IMG/VR virus record: IMGVR_UViG_3300037486_000321 | Location: 6,139 to 70,138 of that record | Source of the DNA: a virus | Length of the DNA stretch: 64,000 bases | Reading direction: 5' to 3' (one strand) | Notes under the pieces: generated by a model | What the model saw: only the letters and a program-made list of their open reading frames with translations | Told to the model about the DNA's origin: nothing | Database searches by the model: none | Made by a program: the position numbers and the translations under genes | In this document: one piece after another, positions 1 through 9,544 of the stretch | Numbering within the stretch: position 1 is the stretch's first letter | Layout: each line of letters begins with the position of its first letter

Positions 1-1
1 G

Positions 2-2899
2 ATGTTTTTCAGATTTCATGGTACTATCAATGGAATTGCTAGTTGTTCAGCTACATTAGTAGGAAAAGGACAAAGGGCTGGAATTATTAATAGTGTTGCT
101 ACAGTATCTGGAATATTAAAAGGACATGCTCCCAAAGCAGGTATAATAAATGGCACAACATCCTGTTCTGCTTTATTACATGGATATGGGAAACTGTATG
201 GTATTATAAATGGAGTAGAATCAACTGTTGGGGTATTGAAGGGTGAAGGGATATTAACAGGAACAATTGATGGAGGTTCTTTGTTATCTGGATTGTTGGG
301 GGGAGTAGGAACATTGATAGGATTGTTGGGGGGAGTTACTGTCACAGCAGCAGAATTGATTGGTTGGGGAATACTGACAGGAGAGATAGATGGAGTTACT
401 TTGTTGACTGGGGATTTGAGTGAACGTCAGCCAGGTAAGTGTGATGGAATAATAAATGGGGTAACATCTGTAAGTGGTACATTACCAGGTTGGGGAGATT
501 TGAAGGGAGTTTCTGCTGGTACAGCATTGGTTCAAGGATTGTACACTCCTTTGTATGTTGGTGAGGAATTATTGGAACCGTCATTAATTACCACAGAAAT
601 ATTTGAGCAATCATTGATTACTACTGAACTAGCTTACAAATCACTGATAACAGAAGAGATAGGTGATGAGTTAGGTGGGATAGCTTTAATAACATTTATT
701 AATATTACCAATCTTGGTGTGGTTTCTTCTACTACATTGGATCAGACAGATATTATACGAACAATATTGGAAGCTGGATATACATTACCTATTAGATTTC
801 CTACTGGTACGTATCGTTGTAGAAATCTGTATATCCAACAAAATGGACAACATGTTATAATAGATGGGACTATAAAGAATATTGATGGCACTTTATTTAC
901 TGTAACTCAGGATGCCTTAGAGGGGCAGAATATTATTTACATTGAAGATGCCACGGGCTCCCAGTTAGATTACTTGGAAATGTTGATTAATGAGGCTCCA
1001 AATTATTATTATTATGTTAGCTTTTTTGATGAGTTATATACTATTGAGGGTGGAGGAACTGATCAGATTCATCATAATGCTTGGGTATCAAGATTAACTG
1101 GGGTGAATAAAACCTCTAAGTATATTACAATAAAAGATAATATTCCTGTAATGCCAAATTATTGTGGTGGTACTTTACATGTTACTAATGGGGCTGTGGT
1201 TACTGTTTTGTATAATGTGTTTGAAGTTAATGAATGTATAAATCCTCAATTTTCAGGAAGTGGAACAGTTGATGCAAATAGATATAATTTTGTAGACCTG
1301 AACCCTGTATGGATTTCAGGTGAGGAAGGGCATCCTGAGTTTGCAGGAAGTGGAGGAAATTTTATTGAGTGTTTTAGTGTTAGATTTGGGTATGGTTTTG
1401 AAATGACGGGTGATATAAAATTGAGGGATGGGAAAGATAATATCATTGTATGGTATATGGATGGCTCTATTCATTTGGATGGAGTAAATTCATACAATGC
1501 TCATAATAAGAATATTGCGTATATCATTTGTCCAGAGGAAGATTATCCAGACATTGTGGGATTATTTGAGAATTTGGAGGCAGATGGATCAGATTATGAA
1601 GATGGTTTTATTGGATATACAAGTTCAGATAATCTGACAATAAGGAATTGTGTTGCCCGGAATTGTCCGAGATATGGTTTTTCTTGGAATAGATGGACTT
1701 CTCATAATAATTATGCAGAAAACCTGGAGGCATATAATTGTGGTAATTCTTTCAGTTGCAACAGAGGTGGGATCACAGATGTATTAACACTTCGTAATTT
1801 ATATTATGAGGGGGGTGGACGACATGATAAGTCTGGTGATTATCAATCAGGAATGGAGTTGAGGAGTCAAACGGCAATAATTGGGGGGTATGAAGATATT
1901 TACAATTTGGGGTTTATCACTGATAAGCAAACGTATGGCATTCTTGTTATGTTTAACAGAAATATTAATTTAATTTGGGAGGTTACTGCACCAGCAAAGA
2001 ATAAACTTTGTGTTGGGAATCTTACCCCACCACATTCTTATGGTTATTGGCTGAGGATTACCTCTACCAGTTATAATATAGTTGTTGATGGAGGAGGGGT
2101 ATTGGAGGTTAATAATTTTAAATATCTATTTTGGATAGAAACAGGATCCACAGGGATTGTGATAAAGAATTGTAGGTTTAATAGTTACACTAATCTTGGA
2201 ACTATTGACGCTTCTGCAACTTTTGAAAATAATTATTTCAATGGTGTTTTGTATGCCTCTGGTTACCCTGGTACTTCAGTTGAATTGATGAGATGTTTTG
2301 ATGCGGCACTTGGGGTGAGCAGATCAGGTGAAGATGTTTCAGTGTGGGATGATAAAAGTGCATATGATGACGATGCTTTGCAAGGAACTACTGATCTTAT
2401 GCCTCATTGGATTGATGCTCAAGTTAATGGCCTTCCTGTTATAAAAGGAGATGGGATCAATGATATATTAACTCTTGAAGCAGGGGTATTGATCAGTGGG
2501 GATTTTGCAATGTTTGCTGTTATAGGTGGAGTTACTGGACCGGGACATATGTGTGGATATTCTTCAACCGTTTATACAAGGTATTTACAAAATTCAACTA
2601 TATGGAGAAATAGTACAACTCATACATTTGATCATTCAAATGTTCCTTTAACAACTGGATATTTCTTACATCACATAGTAAGGAGGTCTGGAGAAGTTAG
2701 GAGTTATAGGAATAGTGTAGAAAGTTTGACTGGGGTAGTAACTAATTCAAGTCAATATGGGTTGCGTTATTTGTTTAGCTACGGTACTATTTATGGTAGT
2801 GGGGCAAAAGCTGAATTTAGACTTTATCAAGGTACCCTTAGTGAATCGGATGAAGAATTTATATTGAATGAATTAAATACGAAATATGAACTTTATTAA
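2..2899 (+). CDS. Large modular virion/fibre-like protein: Gly-rich repeats, pectate-lyase-like beta-helix, C-terminal LamG/ConA-like domain (probably 5'-truncated)
   Basis: 965-aa ORF open from the window edge. N-terminal GxIxGxxxxxGxL repeats; central FPTGTY...GTIK and Asn-rich beta-helix-type segments; C-terminal VSVWDDKS...VNGLPVIKGDG pattern typical of phage LamG-like domains. Confidence 0.6.
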   Translation: MFFRFHGTINGIASCSATLVGKGQRAGIINSVATVSGILKGHAPKAGIINGTTSCSALLHGYGKLYGIINGVESTVGVLKGEGILTGTIDGGSLLSGLLGGVGTLIGLLGGVTVTAAELIGWGILTGEIDGVTLLTGDLSERQPGKCDGIINGVTSVSGTLPGWGDLKGVSAGTALVQGLYTPLYVGEELLEPSLITTEIFEQSLITTELAYKSLITEEIGDELGGIALITFINITNLGVVSSTTLDQTDIIRTILEAGYTLPIRFPTGTYRCRNLYIQQNGQHVIIDGTIKNIDGTLFTVTQDALEGQNIIYIEDATGSQLDYLEMLINEAPNYYYYVSFFDELYTIEGGGTDQIHHNAWVSRLTGVNKTSKYITIKDNIPVMPNYCGGTLHVTNGAVVTVLYNVFEVNECINPQFSGSGTVDANRYNFVDLNPVWISGEEGHPEFAGSGGNFIECFSVRFGYGFEMTGDIKLRDGKDNIIVWYMDGSIHLDGVNSYNAHNKNIAYIICPEEDYPDIVGLFENLEADGSDYEDGFIGYTSSDNLTIRNCVARNCPRYGFSWNRWTSHNNYAENLEAYNCGNSFSCNRGGITDVLTLRNLYYEGGGRHDKSGDYQSGMELRSQTAIIGGYEDIYNLGFITDKQTYGILVMFNRNINLIWEVTAPAKNKLCVGNLTPPHSYGYWLRITSTSYNIVVDGGGVLEVNNFKYLFWIETGSTGIVIKNCRFNSYTNLGTIDASATFENNYFNGVLYASGYPGTSVELMRCFDAALGVSRSGEDVSVWDDKSAYDDDALQGTTDLMPHWIDAQVNGLPVIKGDGINDILTLEAGVLISGDFAMFAVIGGVTGPGHMCGYSSTVYTRYLQNSTIWRNSTTHTFDHSNVPLTTGYFLHHIVRRSGEVRSYRNSVESLTGVVTNSSQYGLRYLFSYGTIYGSGAKAEFRLYQGTLSESDEEFILNELNTKYELY

Positions 2900-2910
2900 A
2901 ATCAAATATA

Positions 2911-3216
2911 ATGGGAAAAATATATGTTGATCAAAGTAGCTTGAGAGTAACTCTGGATACAGGAGTGAATTGTTCAACGGCATTGGATATGAAAATAAAA
3001 TACCGTGATCCCGATGGTACTGAAGGAGAATGGGATGCCTCATTACATCCAACAAATAATAATTATATTTTCTATGATTTACAATCAGATGAATTATTTA
3101 TGGAAGGTGTTTGGACATTCTGGGCATATGTAGTATTTGCTGATGGTAGGGATGCTCCGGGGGAGCCTATCTGTGTTAAGGTTTGGGAAGAAGGAGCATG
3201 TAGTTATAATAAATAA
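2911..3216 (+). CDS. Small virion-associated beta-sandwich (BppU N-terminal-like) hypothetical protein
   Basis: 101-aa ORF with IKYRDPDGTEGEW...GVWTFWAYVVFADG pattern; structural context. Confidence 0.45.
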   Translation: MGKIYVDQSSLRVTLDTGVNCSTALDMKIKYRDPDGTEGEWDASLHPTNNNYIFYDLQSDELFMEGVWTFWAYVVFADGRDAPGEPICVKVWEEGACSYNK

Positions 3217-3220
3217 AGCA

Positions 3221-3658
3221 ATGATAAACTTATTTTTGAGACGAATGTACTTTAAACCTGATTACACAATAGGAAATCTATATGTGGGGGATAGGTTTAT
3301 TTGTAATACCTTGGAAGATGTTGTAAGAGATTTGAATGCGGATGGAGATTTGGATGATCCCGGTGAGTGTAAAGTATATGGAGAAACTGCTGTCCCTTAT
3401 GGAAGATATGAAGTAAAGGTTACATACAGTCCCAAATTCAAACGTGATCTTCCATTGGTGATTGATGTAAAGCACTTTACAGGTATCAGGATTCATCGTG
3501 GTAATACAGCCAAAGATACTTCTGGTTGTATACTGGTGGGAGAGAATACGGAAAAAGGCAGGGTTACCAATAGTGCATTTCATGAAAAAGAAATCATTGC
3601 CATGTTAAAAGCATATATTCAGGCAGGAGAAACGATTTATATTAATATTATTAAATAA
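3221..3658 (+). CDS. DUF5675-family putative endolysin (L,D-transpeptidase-like)
   Basis: YTIGNLY..CNTLED, GETAVPYGRY, SPKF and GIRIHRGNTAKDTSGCILVG motifs. Likely start is ATG 3221, just after the previous stop. Confidence 0.8.
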   Translation: MINLFLRRMYFKPDYTIGNLYVGDRFICNTLEDVVRDLNADGDLDDPGECKVYGETAVPYGRYEVKVTYSPKFKRDLPLVIDVKHFTGIRIHRGNTAKDTSGCILVGENTEKGRVTNSAFHEKEIIAMLKAYIQAGETIYINIIK

Positions 3659-3668
3659 CTTTACGGTA

Positions 3669-5183
3669 ATGGAACGTACAACGGAAGTTCGGACAAAAAA
3701 TAATAGTAAGCTAACTACTCAGCAATTAGTGACCTTTGCTAGTGCATTGGTTGGGAGAGCTAATCTGATAACTAGGCTTGGTAAACAATATGGTGGGGAT
3801 AGAAACCTGTATGAAGCTCTTGGGTATAAACTTGATTTAACATTTGATGATTACTACACCCAATATGAAAGACAGGATATTGCAAAGGCTATTATTGATC
3901 GTCCTGTTAATGCAACCTGGCAGGGAGCTTTGGAACTTATTGAATCCAATGAACCGGAAGATACTGAATTTGAAAAGGCTTGGACTGATCTAAATAGAAA
4001 GATAGGGTTAAAAACTCGTTTGGCTCGTGTAGACCGTCTCACTGGTATTGGTCAGTATGGTGTATTACTATTAGGACTGGATGATGTTAAGAATTTAGAT
4101 GGGTATCAACGTGAAGTTAAAGGTTCTCATGTTCTAACCTTTGTAAAACCATTTAGTCAGAAGTCAGCTCCAATCTTTAGTTATGTAGAAGATTCAAAGG
4201 ATATTAGGTATGGAATGCCTCTTCTTTATGAGATTGAAGTAGGTGATCCAACAAGTAAATCCACCAAAAATGTAAAAGTGCATTATTCTCGTATTATTCA
4301 TATTACTGATGGTAATTTGGAATCAGAGATATTGGGTACTCCAAGACTAGAAGCTGTGTTTAACCGATTAATGGATATTGAGAAGATCGTTGGAGGGGAT
4401 GCAGAGATGTTTTGGAGAGGTGCTCGTCCAGGATATCATGGTAAAGTGGATCCAGAATATTCTTTGACTCCTACTGCCAAAGAGGATTTGCAAGATCAAA
4501 TAGATGAATATGAGCATCATCTTCGTAGATTTCTTATAAATGAAGGTGTGGATATAGAAGCTTTGGCTCAACAGATTTCTGATCCAAGTCCTCATGTGGA
4601 TACTCAAATAAAGATGATATCGGCTGAGACTGGTATTCCTATGCGTATTCTGTCGGGGAGTGAACGTGGAGAATTAGCTAGTTCAGAGGATAGGGGAGAG
4701 TGGCTTACCTATGTACAGGCTCGTAGGGAAGAGCATGCTGAACCGCACATTCTAAGACCAATGGTGGATCGCTTTATTGAACTTAATATTTTACCTGTAC
4801 CAGAAAGAGATTATACGGTTAAGTGGGCAGATTTATTCTCAATAAGTGAAAAGGCAAGGGTTGAAATTGGGAAGAGTAGGGCTAATGCATTACGAGAATA
4901 TACATCTAATCCTATTGCAGAAGCTATTATTCCACCTACTGTATTTATGATGAAGTTTTTGGGACTTACTACTGATGAAATTGAGTTAGTTGATCGGATA
5001 AGGGAAGATGAGATGGAAGAAGAAGTAAAATTAATGGCTAAGGTTAAAAAGGAATTGGAACCAGAGCCTCCTGTGGTTCAACCCGGAGGTAATCCAACCA
5101 GATCAAAAACAGAACAAGGAGAAAAGAAAGCTAAACCAACCCATGGAGAACCAGTGAAACGTAAGAGGAGACCAGCTGTATGA
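3669..5183 (+). CDS. Portal protein (DUF1073-like)
   Basis: 504 aa; IAKAIIDRP, HYSRIIH, GIPMRILSGSERGELAS motifs; lies before the head genes. Confidence 0.85.
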   Translation: MERTTEVRTKNNSKLTTQQLVTFASALVGRANLITRLGKQYGGDRNLYEALGYKLDLTFDDYYTQYERQDIAKAIIDRPVNATWQGALELIESNEPEDTEFEKAWTDLNRKIGLKTRLARVDRLTGIGQYGVLLLGLDDVKNLDGYQREVKGSHVLTFVKPFSQKSAPIFSYVEDSKDIRYGMPLLYEIEVGDPTSKSTKNVKVHYSRIIHITDGNLESEILGTPRLEAVFNRLMDIEKIVGGDAEMFWRGARPGYHGKVDPEYSLTPTAKEDLQDQIDEYEHHLRRFLINEGVDIEALAQQISDPSPHVDTQIKMISAETGIPMRILSGSERGELASSEDRGEWLTYVQARREEHAEPHILRPMVDRFIELNILPVPERDYTVKWADLFSISEKARVEIGKSRANALREYTSNPIAEAIIPPTVFMMKFLGLTTDEIELVDRIREDEMEEEVKLMAKVKKELEPEPPVVQPGGNPTRSKTEQGEKKAKPTHGEPVKRKRRPAV

Positions 5184-6130
5184 TAAATACTTGTGAACAT
5201 AGTATACTTGTACAAAGTAGGTACGATCCAACTCATACTACAACGTTGAGGAATGCTTTTGCTAGAGATATGAAGCATAGGTTTGTTGAGATTATGAAGA
5301 TAATCTGGATGGCAATAGTTGATAAGGATTGCTTTGGTTTAACCAGTAGGATTAGTGTTTTTCAGATGATACCTCCAGGTGATGGAGCTTTTGCTTTTTC
5401 AAAAAGCAGTAGGAAGGTTGAAGAATTTATGAAATGGTTGGATGAACAGGTACAAATAGGATTGCTTACCGTAGCAGAAGCAGAACAGGTGGGGGAATCA
5501 ATAAATGCAGCATGGACTAATTTATATGTATGGGATTCATATAAGAGAGGGATTATGCGAGCACGTACAGAGATGACCCGTGCAGGAATGGTGGTACCAT
5601 CAATATCCGACTCAGGGGGAATAGATATGGTAATGGGGACACCCTTTCATATGGATCGGGTTGGGGTTTTGTTTACACGTGTCTATAACGATTTAAAAGG
5701 TATTACAGAACAGATGGATTCACAAATAAGTCGTATTTTAGCTGAAGGGATGATTAATGGAGATGGCCCAATGTTACTTGCAAGAAAATTAGTTGCTGTT
5801 ATTAATGGAGATGGAATTGATAAACTAGGTATTAGGGATTCATTAGGTAGATTTATTCCAGCCATGCGTAGGGCAGAAATGTTAGCTCGTACAGAAATGA
5901 TTAGGGCTTATCATTTAGCAACAATTCAGGAATATCGTAATTGGGGAGTACTGGGAATAAAAGTTCAAGGAGAGTGGAAAACGGCTGGAGATGATAGGGT
6001 TTGTGACCAATGTGCAAGTATGGAGGGGAAAGTATTTACATTGGATGAGATTGAACCAATGATACCCGCACACCCCCTCTGCCGTTGTTTGGCATTGCCA
6101 TATATTGAAGAATTACAAAAATATTATTAA
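5180..6130 (+). CDS. Head morphogenesis protein (Mu gpF / SPP1 gp7 family)
   Basis: C-terminal RAEMLARTE...WKTAGDDRVCDQC...PAHPLCRC motif; ATGA overlap with portal. Confidence 0.9.
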   Translation: MINTCEHSILVQSRYDPTHTTTLRNAFARDMKHRFVEIMKIIWMAIVDKDCFGLTSRISVFQMIPPGDGAFAFSKSSRKVEEFMKWLDEQVQIGLLTVAEAEQVGESINAAWTNLYVWDSYKRGIMRARTEMTRAGMVVPSISDSGGIDMVMGTPFHMDRVGVLFTRVYNDLKGITEQMDSQISRILAEGMINGDGPMLLARKLVAVINGDGIDKLGIRDSLGRFIPAMRRAEMLARTEMIRAYHLATIQEYRNWGVLGIKVQGEWKTAGDDRVCDQCASMEGKVFTLDEIEPMIPAHPLCRCLALPYIEELQKYY

Positions 6131-6149
6131 ATTATAGGAGGAAAAAATT

Positions 6150-6260
6150 GTGAGTAGATTAGTAAGTTATAGAAAGAAGAAATGTAAAAATTGTAATAAA
6201 ATATTTAAACCTACATCGGGAAAACAAATTTATTGTAGGAAATGTAAATTTTATTATTAA
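6150..6260 (+). CDS. 36-aa zinc-finger micro-protein (not in the ORF track)
   Basis: GTG start after AGGAGG; translates to VSRLVSYRKKKCKNCNKIFKPTSGKQIYCRKCKFYY (CxxC...CxxC). Confidence 0.55.
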   Translation: MSRLVSYRKKKCKNCNKIFKPTSGKQIYCRKCKFYY

Positions 6261-6305
6261 TAATTGATGAAACTATGTTAAACAAATATGAAAGGAGAGT
6301 GAATT

Positions 6306-7562
6306 ATGCCTTGGGCGATTGAGGACGTTCCGCAACATAAAAAAGGATTAACTCCAAAACAGGCTGCTCAGTGGGTTGCTATGGCTAATTTCGCTCTTGC
6401 CGCCTGTATAAAGAAAGGTGGAACTGACAAATCCTGTGCTCCACAGGCTATACGAATAGCAAATGGAACAACAGGTCATGAAGAAGGTTACTCCACTCAT
6501 AAGAGTGTGCAGGAACCTAACTATGAAATAACTACCCGTAAACATCAGGGGAAAGATTATATGGTAGTTCCCGTGGTGATGATGGTTGAAGGAGTCCATC
6601 ATGGAAGTCATGGACCAGTATTTCATTCTATAATTGAATTGGGGAAGTTTCCTGAATCATGGAATGGAATGCCTGTTGTAGTGGATCATCCACAAATTGA
6701 TGGAGTGTCGGTGTCGGCAAATTACCCTGATATTATAGATGAACGAACTACGGGACGTGTCTATAATACCTTTATAGATGGGAACCGATTGAAAGCTGAA
6801 GCGTGGATTGATTCAGAGAAATTAAAAGCATTGTCTGCCGAATTGATTGAACAGTTGAAAAAAGGAGAATTGATAGAAGTTAGTGTTGGTGTATTCTCTG
6901 ATGAAGAACTTGTGGCAGGCGATTGGAATGGAGAACACTATGAAGCCATTGCCAGAAATCATAGACCAGATCACTTAGCACTTCTGCCCGGCAGTGTTGG
7001 TGCCTGTTCTGTGGCTGATGGTTGTGGGATTCGTGTTAATATAGATTCTAATACTAATTTAAAAACGAAGGAGGTTACCATTATGGGTGAAGTATGTAAT
7101 CCCTGCGTCAAAAAGAAAGTAGATGAACTGATTGCAAACAGTCAGGGCAAATACACTGAGGACGACAGGGAAATTCTACAGACTTTGAGCGTACCATTGC
7201 TGGACAAAATTGCCCAGCCTGTTACGGTTGAGAAGATTGTAGAGGTTGAAAAGATCGTTGAAAAGGAAGTTCAAGTGAATACCCTTTCCGATGAGGACAA
7301 AGCGATGCTTGAGTTTGGGAAGGCTCAGACGAAAGCAACTCGTGACTCTCTGGTCAAAAATATTCTGACCAACACAAAAGATGTTTGGACAGATGAACTT
7401 TTGGCTGCTAAGGATTTAGATGATCTGAAAAGGATAAGTGGAATGGTGAAAAAGGAAGAAGTGACTGATTACTCTCTATTAGGGGCGGAAACAATCCAAG
7501 CCAATGAGGGAGTACCAATACTGCTTCCTATTGGAGTTGGTGTTGACGATAAGAAAAAATAA
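6306..7562 (+). CDS. Prohead protease/scaffold (DUF2213-like) with N-terminal ChaB-like extension
   Basis: WNGMPVVVDHP, EVSVG and PDHLALLP..GACS..DGCG motifs; charged C-terminal scaffold region; lies before the capsid genes. Confidence 0.8.
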   Translation: MPWAIEDVPQHKKGLTPKQAAQWVAMANFALAACIKKGGTDKSCAPQAIRIANGTTGHEEGYSTHKSVQEPNYEITTRKHQGKDYMVVPVVMMVEGVHHGSHGPVFHSIIELGKFPESWNGMPVVVDHPQIDGVSVSANYPDIIDERTTGRVYNTFIDGNRLKAEAWIDSEKLKALSAELIEQLKKGELIEVSVGVFSDEELVAGDWNGEHYEAIARNHRPDHLALLPGSVGACSVADGCGIRVNIDSNTNLKTKEVTIMGEVCNPCVKKKVDELIANSQGKYTEDDREILQTLSVPLLDKIAQPVTVEKIVEVEKIVEKEVQVNTLSDEDKAMLEFGKAQTKATRDSLVKNILTNTKDVWTDELLAAKDLDDLKRISGMVKKEEVTDYSLLGAETIQANEGVPILLPIGVGVDDKKK

Positions 7563-7576
7563 AGGAGGTAAATCTA

Positions 7577-8038
7577 ATGAATATCGCACACAACACGATT
7601 AAACTGAAGAAATATTCGGATGTCATTGAAGAACACAAAGCAGGTGGGACAATATATCCGGGTATGCTTCTCATTATGAGTGCTGAAGACACAGTAATCG
7701 CTCACAATGATGACAATCCAGCAACTTTCATCCCGATGGTTGCTCTGGAAGATGAACTACAGGGAAAAGGGATTGATGATCCCTATGTAACAGGAGACCA
7801 GGTTCAGGTTTGGATTCCTTACCGTGGTGACTGGGTTTATGCCATCGCTGAAGATGGAACGAACTATACTGTTGGATCATTTGTTGGTTCAACTGGTAAT
7901 GGTTATGTTCATGCCTACTCATCTGGCGTACCTTTTGGAGTTGTAGTAAAAGCTCTTGACCTCTCCGGTTCATCGGGAGCGGAAGAATCCGAAGCACCTT
8001 TTGGCTATAACAAAAGAATCATGATCAGGGTATTATAA
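7577..8038 (+). CDS. Capsid decoration/cement protein
   Basis: 153 aa between protease and major capsid; strong AAGGAGG RBS. Confidence 0.65.
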   Translation: MNIAHNTIKLKKYSDVIEEHKAGGTIYPGMLLIMSAEDTVIAHNDDNPATFIPMVALEDELQGKGIDDPYVTGDQVQVWIPYRGDWVYAIAEDGTNYTVGSFVGSTGNGYVHAYSSGVPFGVVVKALDLSGSSGAEESEAPFGYNKRIMIRVL

Positions 8039-8057
8039 AAAGAAGGAGGAAAATACA

Positions 8058-9170
8058 ATGATACAAATTGATTTAATTGGAACTGATGGCCAGGTGCGTG
8101 GAGAAGTAGCAAATTACTTCGCAAGTCAAAGAAGGCTTGATCCTGGTTGTATGAGACCTTTTATTCACACCGATGGCAGAAGCTATGTGACGGTGTATAA
8201 AGGCTCTGGTGATCCTAAAGACCCAGCAAATTACAAGTCTGTACAGACTAATGCTGGGGCAACCCTTCGTCCAGATGAATGGAAACAGTTGGATGAGGCA
8301 GTACAGAGAGTCGCTGAAATCCGCCTTGGTGGTGTAGATGATCTCATTGGAAGAGGTCTGACATACAACCTTGGCAATGCTATGGGTACTACGGTACTTG
8401 AATGGCATGATCTTCAGGGGGACCTGGAAGCTGATCTGACGATGGATGCTGTTACCCGTGCTCTTGGAAACCGTCCTGTCTGGCAGTACAATTACATTCC
8501 AATACCTATCATACACGTTGATTATGAGATCAACGCAAGGGCATTGGCAACCAGCCGTAACATGGGGAATCCTCTGGATACCACATTGGCTGAGCGTGCT
8601 GCAAGGGCAGTTCAGGTGAAAATGGAGAACATGCTTTTTACCAATACTACTTATAGTTTTGGTGAAAAGGATAGCAGAAGTCACAATTCAATTTACAGTT
8701 ATGTGAATTTCCCGGATAGGAACCAGGTTTCACTTGGAACCGCTTGGGATGATTCTTCCGTAACTGGAAAGGACATTGTTGATCAGGTTATCTCATGGAA
8801 GCAAGTTAGCATTAATGCCAAACATTATGGGCCGTGGATGATCTACATCCCAACGACATATGAAACCATTTTGGATGAGGATTATGTTGGCACTGCTCCT
8901 GATACCGCTCCTAATACGACTATCCGTCAAAGGATTCTCGCAATATCTGGAATACTTGGCATAAAGGTTGTTGACACATTGGCAGCTGATAACGTTCTAT
9001 TCATTCAAATGACATCGGACGTTGTGCGGATGATCCGTGGAATGGGTCTACAGAATGTTGAATGGAGTACTGAAGGTAAATTCATTACCAAGTACAAAGT
9101 ACTTACCATTCAGGTTCCTCAGATTCGTTCTGATGCAGCTGGTAATTGTGGAGTAACCCACATTGCCTAA
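8058..9170 (+). CDS. Major capsid protein (HK97 fold, encapsulin/linocin-like)
   Basis: 370 aa; LRPDEWKQLDEAV, PIPIIHVDY, GPWMIY and VPQIRSD patterns; strong RBS; synteny. Confidence 0.85.
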   Translation: MIQIDLIGTDGQVRGEVANYFASQRRLDPGCMRPFIHTDGRSYVTVYKGSGDPKDPANYKSVQTNAGATLRPDEWKQLDEAVQRVAEIRLGGVDDLIGRGLTYNLGNAMGTTVLEWHDLQGDLEADLTMDAVTRALGNRPVWQYNYIPIPIIHVDYEINARALATSRNMGNPLDTTLAERAARAVQVKMENMLFTNTTYSFGEKDSRSHNSIYSYVNFPDRNQVSLGTAWDDSSVTGKDIVDQVISWKQVSINAKHYGPWMIYIPTTYETILDEDYVGTAPDTAPNTTIRQRILAISGILGIKVVDTLAADNVLFIQMTSDVVRMIRGMGLQNVEWSTEGKFITKYKVLTIQVPQIRSDAAGNCGVTHIA

Positions 9171-9173
9171 TCT

Positions 9174-9202
9174 GAGAAGGACTAATCAAGTCTCTTTCTT
9201 TT
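9174..9202 (+). terminator. Hairpin with AATCA loop plus T-tract after the major capsid gene
   Basis: GGACT-AATCA-AGTCT followed by CTTTCTTTT. Confidence 0.55.
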
Positions 9203-9221
9203 AATTTAATAATTAAACATT

Positions 9222-9542
9222 ATGGAACGAACAAATGGTAAAATAAGGTGGAAGCATACTGGTGGTGGTATTCTCCGCTTAAGAGATGGAAGAGTAATTA
9301 AACCTGGTGAAACATTTCTTGCTTATCCAAATGATGTACCAGAGGCTTTCCGTGATACAATAAAGCCTTTGGATCCAGTATCAACCGTACCAGAATCAGC
9401 AGTAGTCAAAGTCAAATTCTCTGTTCAGAGGAGAGGAAATAGTAATTGGTATGATGTTGTTGATGCACAAGGAAAGGGGGTCAATGAGAAGGCTTTGAAA
9501 AAAGTTGATGCTCTCGAACTGGTTAAAAAGTTGGAGGGCTAA
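9222..9542 (+). CDS. Hypothetical protein (paralog of the next gene)
   Basis: 106 aa; shares IRWK..KPG..F.A..P..PLD and YDV..GK.VNE..L..KKL with 9545-9952. Confidence 0.7.
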   Translation: MERTNGKIRWKHTGGGILRLRDGRVIKPGETFLAYPNDVPEAFRDTIKPLDPVSTVPESAVVKVKFSVQRRGNSNWYDVVDAQGKGVNEKALKKVDALELVKKLEG

Positions 9543-9544
9543 CT

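Noticed and set aside
8058-9170. Encapsulin nanocompartment operon
   Set aside because: The portal, protease, neck and tail context shows it is the phage major capsid protein.
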